From Candidatus Moraniibacteriota bacterium (GTDB taxonomy: Bacteria; Patescibacteriota; Minisyncoccia; Moranbacterales; UBA2206): a stretch of DNA of 64,000 nucleotides. The stretch is from the NCBI GenBank assembly GCA_013334765.1, contig JAAXWW010000002.1, forward strand, positions 21,453 to 85,452, in the 5' to 3' direction. Position numbers and translations under genes: made by a program. Shown piece after piece: positions 18,099 to 27,181 of this stretch. Position 1 is the stretch's first letter; every line of letters starts with the position of its first letter. Under the pieces are notes generated by a model. That model searched no databases and was not told the DNA's origin. It saw only the letters and a program-made list of their open reading frames with translations.

Positions 18099-19829
18099 TT
18101 ACACAGAAATCTGCTGCAGCTCGCTCAGTTTCTGATAGACTCCGCCTTTTTCGAGAAGCTCCTTGTGGTCTCCTGATTCGACGATGCGTCCGTTTTCAAT
18201 GACCAGGATCAGATCAGCCTTCCTGATGGTGCTCAAACGATGGGCGATGACGAAAGTCGTCCTGTTCTTCATCACTTCCTGGAGCGCCTCTTGAACATAT
18301 TTCTCCGATTCGCTATCAAGCGCGCTGGTCGCTTCGTCAAGGATGAGGATCTTCGGATCGCGAAGGATCGCCCGAGCTATCGCCACTCGCTGCTTCTGCC
18401 CGGTCGAAAGCTTCACGCCTTTGTCTCCGACCACTTGGGAATATTTCTTTGGAAAAGACATAATAAAATCATGGCAATTGGCTGACTTGGCAGCCGCGAT
18501 AATCTCTTCTTCTGTCGCATTCATCTTGGAATATGAGATATTGTTCCTGATAGTGTCATTGAAAAGAGCAATCTCTTGCGGCACGATCGCGATCTGCCTT
18601 CGAAGATCTCCAAGCCTTATTTTCCTCGTATCGATCCCATCAAGCATCACTTTCCCCTTGCTAGGGACGTTATAGAGAGAAATCAGGTCCACCAACGTGC
18701 TTTTCCCCTCTCCGCTCTTGCCGACAATCGCTATCATCTGTCCAGGTTCAGCTTTAAATGAGATGTTTTCCAGAACAGTTTCTTTGTCATATGAAAAGCT
18801 GACGTTTTTGAACTCAATCTCGCCTTTGCAGCTTTCGAGAGCTATGGCATTCGGATTATCATAATCCTCCGTCGCTTCGGAAAAAATCCTGTCAGCCCGC
18901 TCAATAGTCACCAAGCTTTCTTGGAACTGCTTATACCGGCTGCCAAGGCCGGAAATAGCGGTGGTAGCATAGCCGACATATCCCAGTAGCATGATGAATT
19001 GCCCAATAGTTATTCTTCCGATACTGACAAGATACATCCCGGCAGAAAACAATGATAGGAAACTTATAGCATAGATGAAATCCTGCCAAGAAGAAACCTC
19101 AGACCATAATCCCAGTTGTTTTATATGGGATCGCCTTCCTTTTTTGAAATTGCGGATATTGTTGCTACATTCGAAATCTTCCGCCACATTCGATTTGATA
19201 CTGATGATGTTCTGCGTCCGATCGAAAATATCGCCATATGCTTTCTCATGGATCTTGTTCATTTCCGTCTGGCATTCAATGACCGGCTTGGTCTTTTTCA
19301 CGGTAGCCCAGAAATATGTCAGGGTAAAAACGACGTATATCGCTGCCAATATCCAATCGATCCAAGCGATCACGGCAAAAGCCAGGAATGAAGTCAGCAA
19401 GTTAGGCAATATTTCGAAAATCCCTTCGGAAGACAAATCAGCTATTCGCATGTCGGCCCGAGTAAATCGTTCCAATAACTCGCCGATTTTCTGTGATTTA
19501 TGAAAGGCCAGTGGTAAGCGAGACAAGCGATCGACTGATTTAACAGTCAGGTCAGTTGCCACTTGGTATCCGATGTCCCAAGAACGTCTTTCCCGAATTC
19601 GTCCAAACCAACTGCCCATGAGGCTACCGGCTGTCCAGACTGCCAGAAGAACAAGCACTGATCGCTCAAAGAAAATTCCCTTCGTCACGATATCCACCAC
19701 GCGGCCATAAACTACTGGCAAAACCAATTGGATCGCATTCTCCAACACGACAAAAACAGCCGTCGCATATATGGCTTTCTTATACGGCTTCAGGTATTTT
19801 ATGATCGGTTTGAGTTTTCCGGTTTTCAT
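18099..19829 (-). CDS. ABC transporter, fused permease/ATP-binding (MsbA-like exporter)
   Basis: Six-TM N-terminal domain. Walker A GKSGEGKST, signature LSTGQKQRVAIARA, Walker B ILILDEATSALD. Confidence 0.85.
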   Translation of the reverse strand: MKTGKLKPIIKYLKPYKKAIYATAVFVVLENAIQLVLPVVYGRVVDIVTKGIFFERSVLVLLAVWTAGSLMGSWFGRIRERRSWDIGYQVATDLTVKSVDRLSRLPLAFHKSQKIGELLERFTRADMRIADLSSEGIFEILPNLLTSFLAFAVIAWIDWILAAIYVVFTLTYFWATVKKTKPVIECQTEMNKIHEKAYGDIFDRTQNIISIKSNVAEDFECSNNIRNFKKGRRSHIKQLGLWSEVSSWQDFIYAISFLSLFSAGMYLVSIGRITIGQFIMLLGYVGYATTAISGLGSRYKQFQESLVTIERADRIFSEATEDYDNPNAIALESCKGEIEFKNVSFSYDKETVLENISFKAEPGQMIAIVGKSGEGKSTLVDLISLYNVPSKGKVMLDGIDTRKIRLGDLRRQIAIVPQEIALFNDTIRNNISYSKMNATEEEIIAAAKSANCHDFIMSFPKKYSQVVGDKGVKLSTGQKQRVAIARAILRDPKILILDEATSALDSESEKYVQEALQEVMKNRTTFVIAHRLSTIRKADLILVIENGRIVESGDHKELLEKGGVYQKLSELQQISV

Positions 19830-19919
19830 AATAATAAGCCCATTTTATCACCTTTTTGGCTTATAGTAAAGGAAATCTACCTCGAAATCTATCTATTTTT
19901 GATGCCTGCCATGTCGCCA

Positions 19920-19948
19920 TTGACATAATATGTTTTTTCTGCTATCAT
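19920..19948 (+). promoter_or_regulatory. promoter for small gene at 20002
   Basis: TTGACA-17 nt-TATCAT. Confidence 0.4.
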
Positions 19949-20001
19949 AACGCGATGCCTGATTTCAGCATCAAAAAAACATCAAGAAAAGGAGCTCCCA
20001 G

Positions 20002-20226
20002 ATGAGCCAAAAAGGGCGTCTCAACCGTGAAGTAACAACCCACGAATGCAACTGGCTCAAGGAAGACCTTCCTAAAGGTCTGAAAGTTCACAAGTTCAAT
20101 GGGTACACCTATGGGTGCATCGAATCCGGAGTGGCCGTCACCATAAAACCCTGGTGGCACTGGATTCTTTTTTGGCGTAAACCTCCTTTCTTCGAGGTTC
20201 CGTCCGACGCCGTGGGTTGGAAATAG
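20002..20226 (+). CDS. hypothetical small protein (74 aa, His/Cys/Trp-rich)
   Basis: AAGGAG RBS 7 nt upstream. Own promoter and terminator. Confidence 0.45.
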   Translation: MSQKGRLNREVTTHECNWLKEDLPKGLKVHKFNGYTYGCIESGVAVTIKPWWHWILFWRKPPFFEVPSDAVGWK

Positions 20227-20248
20227 CCTCCCGCACAGCCATCCGCAA

Positions 20249-20290
20249 GCCGCTACCTACGAATCAACGATTCGCAAGGGGCGGCTTTTT
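20249..20290 (+). terminator. bidirectional terminator
   Basis: gccgc...cgaatc/gattcg...gcggc nested hairpin plus TTTTT. Confidence 0.5.
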
Positions 20291-20298
20291 AATATAGT

Positions 20299-20916
20299 TT
20301 ACAAAGACAGTTTTTCAGATAAGAAATTCTCTACTCGTCTGTATATTTTTTCATGTCCTTTGGCATTCGGATGCAATCCATCTGACAAATCTTCCTTTGT
20401 CAAAACATCCCACAAAGGAATAAAATCCAAATCGTATTTTTTGCAAATATTTTCAATCTCATCATTATACCTTTTCATATCCTCATTTTCCCAATACTCG
20501 TTTTCTGACCATGGCTTGGTTTTTTCTTCGTCAACAATCATGAGTCCGGTGAAAACAATATCGTTTGAATATTTCTTGGATATTTCGACAATCTTTTCCA
20601 GATTACTCCGATATGAATCGAATGGAACTCCGACATTATCCTTAGTGTCTACATAGACAGGATCGTTCGATCCGATTGAAAATATGAGGGTATACTCTTC
20701 GGGTTCGATTTTGTTGAATTTTTCAATATCGCTCTCAATCGTTTCTAATACTCCCGCGGTATTGTTAGACGAGACTGACAAATTGTAAACGCCAATCCTC
20801 TTCCCTTCGCTGAAAGTGTCCAGATATCTCGTCTTCAATCTCTCAACCCATCCGCCCTTTTCATCATCGAACGCGCCCCAAGATATGCTGTCACCGAATA
20901 TTAGAATCTTTTTCAT
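20299..20916 (-). CDS. SGNH/GDSL-family hydrolase (lipase/esterase)
   Basis: Block I IFGDSIS, block III GSND, block V DGLHPN. Confidence 0.8.
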   Translation of the reverse strand: MKKILIFGDSISWGAFDDEKGGWVERLKTRYLDTFSEGKRIGVYNLSVSSNNTAGVLETIESDIEKFNKIEPEEYTLIFSIGSNDPVYVDTKDNVGVPFDSYRSNLEKIVEISKKYSNDIVFTGLMIVDEEKTKPWSENEYWENEDMKRYNDEIENICKKYDLDFIPLWDVLTKEDLSDGLHPNAKGHEKIYRRVENFLSEKLSL

Positions 20917-20925
20917 AATGTTATT

Positions 20926-20953
20926 GGATGTAAAATCGAATTATCCTTTCACT
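20926..20953 (-). repeat. conserved 3-prime-end element, copy 1 (NUDIX gene)
   Basis: Plus-strand reading ttggatgtaaaat...ttcact. The TGA stop lies inside ttcact. Confidence 0.4.
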
Positions 20954-21389
20954 GCCTCAATCTTTCCCCATACTCGCCAATCGATTCCCTGACCGCAGGT
21001 GACAGGTTATCCTTACTCAATGCTTCTTCTATCGTGAAATATTCCAGCTTCTGACCTTCGTTCAATTTCAATCCTTCAAGCGATTGATCGGTCTTCGCAA
21101 GGAAAACGAAAAGTCTGATCGTTTCGGTTTTCTTGTCGCCATCACTCCTGGTTGCATATGTGACCATCCTGCTTCCCATCTCCTCAATATCATAAACGCA
21201 AATATTCGATTCTTCTTGAAGCTCGCGTTTCAAAGCTTCGATCGACTGCTCGCCTTCTTCGATGCCGCCACCCAGAAGACCATACATACCCGGGTTCGGA
21301 ATGGTAGGCTTATTATCCCTTAGAACGAACAGGTATTCGCCGAGATTCTCGTTTCTTATGAAGACCTTGGCACCGTTTTTGATTGCCAT
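20949..21389 (-). CDS. NUDIX hydrolase
   Basis: Nudix box GGGIEEGEQSIEALKRELQEESNI. Confidence 0.75.
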   Translation of the reverse strand: MAIKNGAKVFIRNENLGEYLFVLRDNKPTIPNPGMYGLLGGGIEEGEQSIEALKRELQEESNICVYDIEEMGSRMVTYATRSDGDKKTETIRLFVFLAKTDQSLEGLKLNEGQKLEYFTIEEALSKDNLSPAVRESIGEYGERLRQ

Positions 21390-21477
21390 ATGGAAAAATA
21401 AGTCTTATTTATGACAGCATTTATGTGATTTGAGTGAAAGAAAAGATTCAACCTTTAAAAATCTATCTGCACGCTTT

Positions 21478-22044
21478 TTATTGAACTTCATACATGCTGT
21501 TGTCGGCAAATCTTTCCTGCCAGCTTCTCAGCTCATCGAATATTCTATCGTCAAAATCATCCGGTTTGAATTTTAAGATGGCGTTGGCGTTCTTTACGCA
21601 GTGGTTTTTCAATTCATTCTCGTTGTTTTGGCTGGAATACCATTTGAAGCTGTCAATAATATCAGCCGTTTTGACAATGAGAGCGTCTTGCCCGTTTTGC
21701 ACGCATCTTTGAATCAGTTCATTCGTCTTTTCCATCTTGTCCGCAATCGTATCATCCTTAGTACTCGCAAAAACCAAGCGGACAACATTGTCACCGAATT
21801 CATCCCTTAATGATTGTTCCTCAACATCAGACCACTCGATTGCGTCGTGCAGAACGCCAGCCAAAACAATATCTTCCGAATAACCGTTTTCATACAAATA
21901 CACGCCGACGCGTATATCGTGGAACATCACAGGCTTTCTGCTGTTTTCATCCGACGGCGGCATATGTTCCGACAGAATCCGCACGGCTTTTTCAAATTTT
22001 ATGCTAAGTGATTTTGACATGAAGCATTCAATAGACTTTACCAC
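21478..22044 (-). CDS. HD-domain phosphohydrolase
   Basis: H...HD metal-binding motif (FHDIRVG...VLHDAIE). Confidence 0.6.
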   Translation of the reverse strand: MVKSIECFMSKSLSIKFEKAVRILSEHMPPSDENSRKPVMFHDIRVGVYLYENGYSEDIVLAGVLHDAIEWSDVEEQSLRDEFGDNVVRLVFASTKDDTIADKMEKTNELIQRCVQNGQDALIVKTADIIDSFKWYSSQNNENELKNHCVKNANAILKFKPDDFDDRIFDELRSWQERFADNSMYEVQ

Positions 22045-22357
22045 CCAATGGTATTTCTTTGTCAGGACTCAGTAATACGCATTCGTTTTCAGCATCGGGA
22101 ACACCCAGTGTAAGCACTTCAGAGATATTTTTGCCGATTTGCTTGGGTGGAAAATTGAGTATCCCAATGATGTTTTTGCCAATCAGCTCTTCGGTGGAAT
22201 AGTTTATCAACCTGGCGCATGATTGCTTTTGACCGATTTTTTCACCGAAATCTATAATGATTCTGTGTGTCGTATATTTGGCATTTTCGATCCGTTCCGC
22301 TTTAACTATCTTGCCTATTCTGACATCGATTTTACTAAACTCTTCGTATTGAATCAT
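22028..22357 (-). CDS. csaA: tRNA-binding protein (CsaA/Trbp111-like OB-fold)
   Basis: KIDVRIGKIVKAERI and LGVPDAENECVLLSPD are typical of the MetRS C-terminal-like tRNA-binding domain. Overlaps the HD gene by 17 nt. Confidence 0.7.
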   Translation of the reverse strand: MIQYEEFSKIDVRIGKIVKAERIENAKYTTHRIIIDFGEKIGQKQSCARLINYSTEELIGKNIIGILNFPPKQIGKNISEVLTLGVPDAENECVLLSPDKEIPLGGKVY

Positions 22358-22413
22358 ATGTTTTATGATGAAAAATTTGGTCGATAAAATTTTACTTTCC
22401 TTTTGAGCCGCAT

Positions 22414-22443
22414 ACTCAGTGTTGTCGGATGTAAAAATTCACT
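22414..22443 (-). repeat. conserved 3-prime-end element, copy 2 (cupin gene)
   Basis: tcagtgttgtcggatgtaaaaattcact. Confidence 0.4.
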
Positions 22444-22801
22444 TCTCATTCTTGTCTATCTTGTTGTTCGGTATGCTAGGAGTCCTTACGGAAACAGTAA
22501 TGGTTGGCTCATATACTTCGAGGATAGCTTCGGTTACATTGTTTCTCAGAAAAATAAAATCGCCATCGCTCAGTACGGAATCTTCACCATCCAACTGCCA
22601 CTTCAATTTTCCCTTGATGACAATGCAGACTTCCGTGCCATGCGGATGATAATGCGGCGGATAAGCATCACCGGGTTTCAGCGTGTCATACTTCACTTCC
22701 AGCTCAGAATTTTTTTGAATGGAATCATCAGGAAAAAACTGCCCGCAAAGCCAGCCTTTCGTTTCTGTATAATTTCTAACGTTATCAACCTTATATCTCA
22801 T
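22439..22801 (-). CDS. cupin-domain protein
   Basis: PPHYHPHGTEVCIVIKGK: cupin motif 1 with His ligands. Confidence 0.6.
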   Translation of the reverse strand: MRYKVDNVRNYTETKGWLCGQFFPDDSIQKNSELEVKYDTLKPGDAYPPHYHPHGTEVCIVIKGKLKWQLDGEDSVLSDGDFIFLRNNVTEAILEVYEPTITVSVRTPSIPNNKIDKNEK

Positions 22802-23049
22802 AGAAATGTGATAAATTACAGAACCGGATGTTTTATGTTAGGCGATGTAGCAAAAAATTTTATTCAACATAATTATAAAAAGCAAATTTAAAAAAGAAAA
22901 AGAATTTTATTTCACATAACGTATCCAAATATGAGAAGTTTTTGTCCGCTTCCTTATTATATATCAATAGAAGAAAAGGGCGAAAATTTGGGTTGAGAAA
23001 AATTTGCTTTCCTTGTTAATATAATTGTGCAAATTTTTTGAACCTCATA

Positions 23050-23092
23050 TTCGGTGTTGGACGATGTGAATAATATTTTTTAATTTTTCACT
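23050..23092 (-). repeat. conserved 3-prime-end element, copy 3 (P-loop kinase gene, more divergent)
   Basis: tcggtgttggacgatgtgaataat...ttcact. Confidence 0.35.
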
Positions 23093-23622
23093 TCATTATA
23101 AAATGCTATTTCTTTTTTCATTTGCTCGGCTATAATTTCAGGCTTAGCATGGGAAAATATTTTGATATCACCAAGCTCTTTATAAATCGGAAAGCGTTGA
23201 ATAAATTTTGTTTTTTCTCTGTCTTCCTTCAAGCCAAAGCCCCTTGAAAGTTGTCTTTTAACGACGATTTCCGCACTCTCATCTAAAGACTTTGATGGCA
23301 AAAGTAAAACGGAAATTCCTTGGTCTTTCAAAGTTTGTTTATGTTTCAAAGTTAGTTCATCCATATTCTCATGAATCAAAAATCCAGAGGACAGAGAAAA
23401 AACAAAATTTTCTAAATGTTGGCCCAAAATCTCATAGAATAACTTGGAGTTCTCGAGGCAATATTTTTCATAACCTAAGTTGTTGATATAAGTACCAACA
23501 TTTTCAACGCGTTTGCAAAATTCCAAATCTAAATCGATGAAATTATAGCCGAGCAAATTCGCTAAAATTTCTCCGCACGTTGACTTACCCACGCCACCTG
23601 GACCAATTATAAATATTTTCAT
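23080..23622 (-). CDS. P-loop NTPase, shikimate-kinase-like small kinase
   Basis: IIGPGGVGKST Walker A followed by DLD. AroK/gluconokinase-like size of 180 aa. Confidence 0.5.
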   Translation of the reverse strand: MKIFIIGPGGVGKSTCGEILANLLGYNFIDLDLEFCKRVENVGTYINNLGYEKYCLENSKLFYEILGQHLENFVFSLSSGFLIHENMDELTLKHKQTLKDQGISVLLLPSKSLDESAEIVVKRQLSRGFGLKEDREKTKFIQRFPIYKELGDIKIFSHAKPEIIAEQMKKEIAFYNEVKN

Positions 23623-23818
23623 AGCGGGAAAAAAGAAATAGCAATCATTAGAAGAAAAATTTAAAAATATTATTTATTTCGCCCAACTCTTTCATACGCG
23701 AAGTGTTTTCGCATATCATGCCCGACACCTCGCTAGTTCCAAAAATAACAGCTTAAATATAGCATAAAACAGACATAATAACCAACTTCGGCGGCTGAGC
23801 CTGGAAGCAAGGCTCCAA

Positions 23819-24961
23819 ATGCGATATACTGGGAATATGCGCATATCATATTCGTCATTCGAGACATATAACAACTGCCCCCTGAAATACAAGTTCCAGG
23901 AGATCGACAAGATCAGGACTCCAAAATCCAAGGAGGCCGTTTTCGGTTCCGTCATCCATGGAACCATGAAATTCATCCACACGCCCGGCATCCTCTCCCC
24001 CACCATGGAGCAGACCATGGAGCATTTCTCCAATTCATGGAACCCGGCCGTTTTCGATTCGGAACAGGAAGAACGTTCCGCCTTCGCGCAAGGCGTCAGG
24101 ATCATTCAGGACTACTATAAACGCAACCGGCCCGAAGATTTCAATATCGTCAATCTCGAGTCCCGCTTCGCCATCGAGATCGGAGAAGAGGGCGGAAAGC
24201 ATATCGTTTCCGGGATCATCGACCGCATCGACCGCACGGATGATGGCTTTGAGATCATCGACTACAAGACCGGCAAGAAGATGCCGACCCAGAAGGATAT
24301 CGACGAGAACGTCCAGCTGACCGTCTATTTGCAAGCCTTCCTTTCGCAATATCCCGAAGAAGCCAAAAACCTCAGCAAGCTCAAAGTCAGCCTATATTTC
24401 CTGAAGCACGGCGTGAAACTGAGCGCATTCCGAACCGAAGAGCAATTGAAAGCCAACGAGAAGATGTTCCTCGAGACCATAAAACTCATCGAGGAAGGCA
24501 AGTTCGAACCGAACATCTCGCCGCTTTGCGACTGGTGCGGCTATCAGAAGAACTGTCCGATGTGGAAACACAAATTCAAAGAAGAAAGGAAAATCGACAC
24601 CGAAGAAATCAACTCTTCCATCCAGGAATATATCGACTTGAAATCCGCCATGACCATCACCAAGGAAAGGCTCGGCAAGCTTCAGGAAGATATCATGCAG
24701 TATATGGAGCAGGAGGAAGTGGAAAGGGTCTTCAGCGAGAACGGCATCGTCTCGAAGACGCTCCGGAAGACATATAAATATGACGACGCCAAGATAAAGG
24801 AACTGCTTGAGCCGATCGGGAAATGGAAGGATGTCCTCAAACTCGATCCGACAGCCCTCAAGAATATCTTTCCCGTGCTTCCCGGCGCCGTCCAGCGGGA
24901 AATCGAAAAAGCCAAAGTCATCGACAAGGAAAGCGCCAGCTTGAATGTGAGGAAGAAATAG
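23819..24961 (+). CDS. Cas4-like / RecB-family PD-(D/E)XK nuclease with Fe-S cysteines and a roughly 130-aa C-terminal extension
   Basis: N-terminal Cys (YNNCPLKY). Catalytic core IIDRIDR...EIIDYKTGK...QLTVY. C-terminal CDWCGYQKNC three-Cys cluster. Confidence 0.6.
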   Translation: MRYTGNMRISYSSFETYNNCPLKYKFQEIDKIRTPKSKEAVFGSVIHGTMKFIHTPGILSPTMEQTMEHFSNSWNPAVFDSEQEERSAFAQGVRIIQDYYKRNRPEDFNIVNLESRFAIEIGEEGGKHIVSGIIDRIDRTDDGFEIIDYKTGKKMPTQKDIDENVQLTVYLQAFLSQYPEEAKNLSKLKVSLYFLKHGVKLSAFRTEEQLKANEKMFLETIKLIEEGKFEPNISPLCDWCGYQKNCPMWKHKFKEERKIDTEEINSSIQEYIDLKSAMTITKERLGKLQEDIMQYMEQEEVERVFSENGIVSKTLRKTYKYDDAKIKELLEPIGKWKDVLKLDPTALKNIFPVLPGAVQREIEKAKVIDKESASLNVRKK

Positions 24962-24996
24962 TCTCATGAAAAAAGGCTCGGCATCCGTGACGGAGG

Positions 24997-25488
24997 TTGA
25001 GCCTTTTGAATAATAAGGATATGCCCCTAGAAAAAATCGTTTCAAAAATCAAAAACTTCCTCTTGAAGTTCTTCCTGATCGACGACACGCCGCACAAGGT
25101 CGCAGCCGGGGCGGCATTGGGGGTTTTCTGGGGAATCATGCCAGGCGAAGGGATTGGGACGACCATCGTCACAGCGGCGATCTTCCGATTCAACCGGCTA
25201 TCCGCGGTCACTGCCGCTTTGGCGACGAACACCTGGACATCTTTTTTCATCCTGCCTTTGGCCGCAGTCATCGGAGGATATATTTTCAAGACCGATCCAG
25301 GAAAGCTGATCGACGATTTCAAGAATACCTATCACCTAGACATTAGATACTTTTTCACTGAAGACATACTGTTCGGGCTTATCATCCCACTCCTCGCAGG
25401 TTTCGCTATCGTATCGATCGCGATTTCCATGCTCGTATATTTTTCGGTCTATTTCCTGTTGAAGTATAGGAAGATAAGATTCCGATAA
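24997..25488 (+). CDS. DUF2062-like membrane protein
   Basis: 163 aa, 3-4 TM helices. Gene starts 36 nt after the nuclease gene. Confidence 0.45.
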   Translation: MSLLNNKDMPLEKIVSKIKNFLLKFFLIDDTPHKVAAGAALGVFWGIMPGEGIGTTIVTAAIFRFNRLSAVTAALATNTWTSFFILPLAAVIGGYIFKTDPGKLIDDFKNTYHLDIRYFFTEDILFGLIIPLLAGFAIVSIAISMLVYFSVYFLLKYRKIRFR

Positions 25489-25592
25489 AATCAAAATCCC
25501 AAAGATCAAAGTCTAAACCCAACCTAAATACGAAAAATAGGAGACCTGATCTCTGGATTTTGAAATCGATTTGCCGTTTGGATTTTGGATCT

Positions 25593-26039
25593 TTATTTGC
25601 ACCCTTTCCCGGCGACCCTGCCCTGCCCGATCGCTTCCTGCTCAGAGGAAAAGCAGACCAGATTTTCAGGCTTGATCCTTTTCGCCCATTGGCAAGTCGG
25701 CGGATAGTATTTGTCCGAACTTTTGCTGCCAACATAGGCGCAACCGGTTTTCACTGGAGAGGCACTCCCAGCACTATTCTGGAGCGTTTCAGCGGCCTTA
25801 TTGCCCGTGTCCGGTGTCTTAGCGGTTTCGCAACCCAAAACGCTTCCTGGGTCATTTTTAGGGCTTTCGGGTGTTTTTTCAATCACAATCGGGCTCGATT
25901 TGGCATTTCCAGCCTTCAGATAGCCCGCCTCAAAGGAAACCGCCCCCACCAAAAGAAGCCCCACAACCAGGACAATCTTGTGTTCGTATTGCTTGAAAAA
26001 CTCTTTTATTTTTTCTTTCATTGACTTATTATTAAACAT
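25593..26039 (-). CDS. membrane-anchored protein with C-terminal Ada-like metal-binding domain
   Basis: N-terminal TM. C-terminal YYPPTCQWAKRIKPENLVCFSSEQEAIGQG...GCK resembles the Ada Zn-binding domain pattern. Confidence 0.4.
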   Translation of the reverse strand: MFNNKSMKEKIKEFFKQYEHKIVLVVGLLLVGAVSFEAGYLKAGNAKSSPIVIEKTPESPKNDPGSVLGCETAKTPDTGNKAAETLQNSAGSASPVKTGCAYVGSKSSDKYYPPTCQWAKRIKPENLVCFSSEQEAIGQGRVAGKGCK

Positions 26040-26086
26040 GTGTTAACAATATATATTCGAACAACCTATAACAGAAGGAGTTCGGC

Positions 26087-26467
26087 ATGGAATCGCCCCT
26101 TAAAAGAGAGCGCGAGAATATCCAGCCCATGATTGATAAGACAGTTATGGTTGATTTCCTGGATTTACTGGATGGTATTTTATGGCTGGTTGAAGATGCG
26201 TCTGATTCCTGTGCATCCGAAATGGCAGAGATTCTTTTATTGGTCAGTGTTCTTTTGAAAAAAATTAACAAATTGAGCGAGCAAGCCAGGCAGGAACTAG
26301 TCAATCTGGCCAATACCCAAGATTACCGGTCTTTTTCCAGGGAAACCGTTCAGGAATTGATAACCCTGAGCATCATAGGAAAGGACGGGGCTATCAGCCT
26401 GCCCATGCGGAGCGCGATTGTGGTATTTTTCAAGGGCAATAACAATCCCTCCGAGGTGGCCGCCTAA
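26087..26467 (+). CDS. hypothetical protein
   Basis: 126-aa acidic ORF. Hairpin terminator downstream (ccccttacgaaa...tttcgtgagggg). Confidence 0.35.
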   Translation: MESPLKRERENIQPMIDKTVMVDFLDLLDGILWLVEDASDSCASEMAEILLLVSVLLKKINKLSEQARQELVNLANTQDYRSFSRETVQELITLSIIGKDGAISLPMRSAIVVFFKGNNNPSEVAA

Positions 26468-26625
26468 CTCCCCATCTCCGGCACACGCCAGCACCATCCC
26501 CAGCCCCTTACGAAACGCATTTCGTGAGGGGCTGATTTTATTGAAAAACCGTTTAATCCCCTCTCTTATCGTTCTATATGTTCTATGTTTTATGTTCCAT
26601 GTTTCGTGTCCCATGAGGACGGCTA

Positions 26626-26654
26626 TTGACATTATATCACGGATTGGTTAGAAT
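26626..26654 (+). promoter_or_regulatory. near-consensus sigma70 promoter for rpmA
   Basis: TTGACA-17 nt-TAGAAT, about 105 nt upstream of the ATG. Confidence 0.55.
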
Positions 26655-26760
26655 TGGACTTGTAGGAATATGGCTGGTTTACAGCTGTTTTTTAAGTAAA
26701 TAAACCTAACTTTTGCATAGCCACCTTGCTTGACGCATCTTGAGTTTTGCATTCTGAAAT

Positions 26761-27054
26761 ATGGCGCATAGAAAAGCTGGAGGATCCACCCAACTGGGAC
26801 GCGATTCCATATCCAAAAGACTCGGAATAAAGATTTTCGGAGGACAGAAAATAAAGACCGGACAGATAATCGCTAGGCAGCGCGGAACCAAATTCCGCCC
26901 CAGCAAGAATGTCGGTCGCGGAGAAGATGATACGCTCTTCGCTCTGAAGGACGGCATCGTCAAATTCACAACCAGGAAAATCCGCCTCTTCACCGGAAAG
27001 CTGGCTAGCCGGAAATTCATCTCTGTCGTGACTGAAGAGAAAGCTGCGAAATAG
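26761..27054 (+). CDS. rpmA: 50S ribosomal protein L27
   Basis: [16 protein letters not shown]...[14 protein letters not shown]...[13 protein letters not shown]. Confidence 0.9.
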   Translation: MAHRKAGGSTQLGRDSISKRLGIKIFGGQKIKTGQIIARQRGTKFRPSKNVGRGEDDTLFALKDGIVKFTTRKIRLFTGKLASRKFISVVTEEKAAK

Positions 27055-27076
27055 TTTCCAAAATCCGAAATTTGAA

Positions 27077-27102
27077 AGTCCCCTTCGCGGGGACTTTTTT
27101 TA
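27077..27102 (+). terminator. rho-independent terminator after rpmA
   Basis: agtcccc-ttcgc-ggggact followed by TTTTTTT. Confidence 0.65.
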
Positions 27103-27129
27103 TTGTCTGCAAAAGACAGCTTGGATCAC

Positions 27130-27161
27130 TAAAAAAATCCCCAACCACGAGAGTTGGGGAT
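27130..27161 (-). terminator. rho-independent terminator after pyrG
   Basis: Perfect 9-bp stem atccccaac / gttggggat. U-run on the minus strand. Confidence 0.6.
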
Positions 27162-27181
27162 TTTCATTTTCAATCGGGAAA

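Noticed and set aside
22403-22891. 162-aa plus-strand ORF 22403-22891.
   Set aside because: It completely overlaps the cupin gene, which has a clear His-rich cupin motif. Its start lies inside the conserved 3-prime-end element.
23819-26467. CRISPR-Cas locus around the Cas4-like gene.
   Set aside because: No direct-repeat array and no cas1, cas2 or effector genes in the window. Intergenic regions lack spaced repeats.
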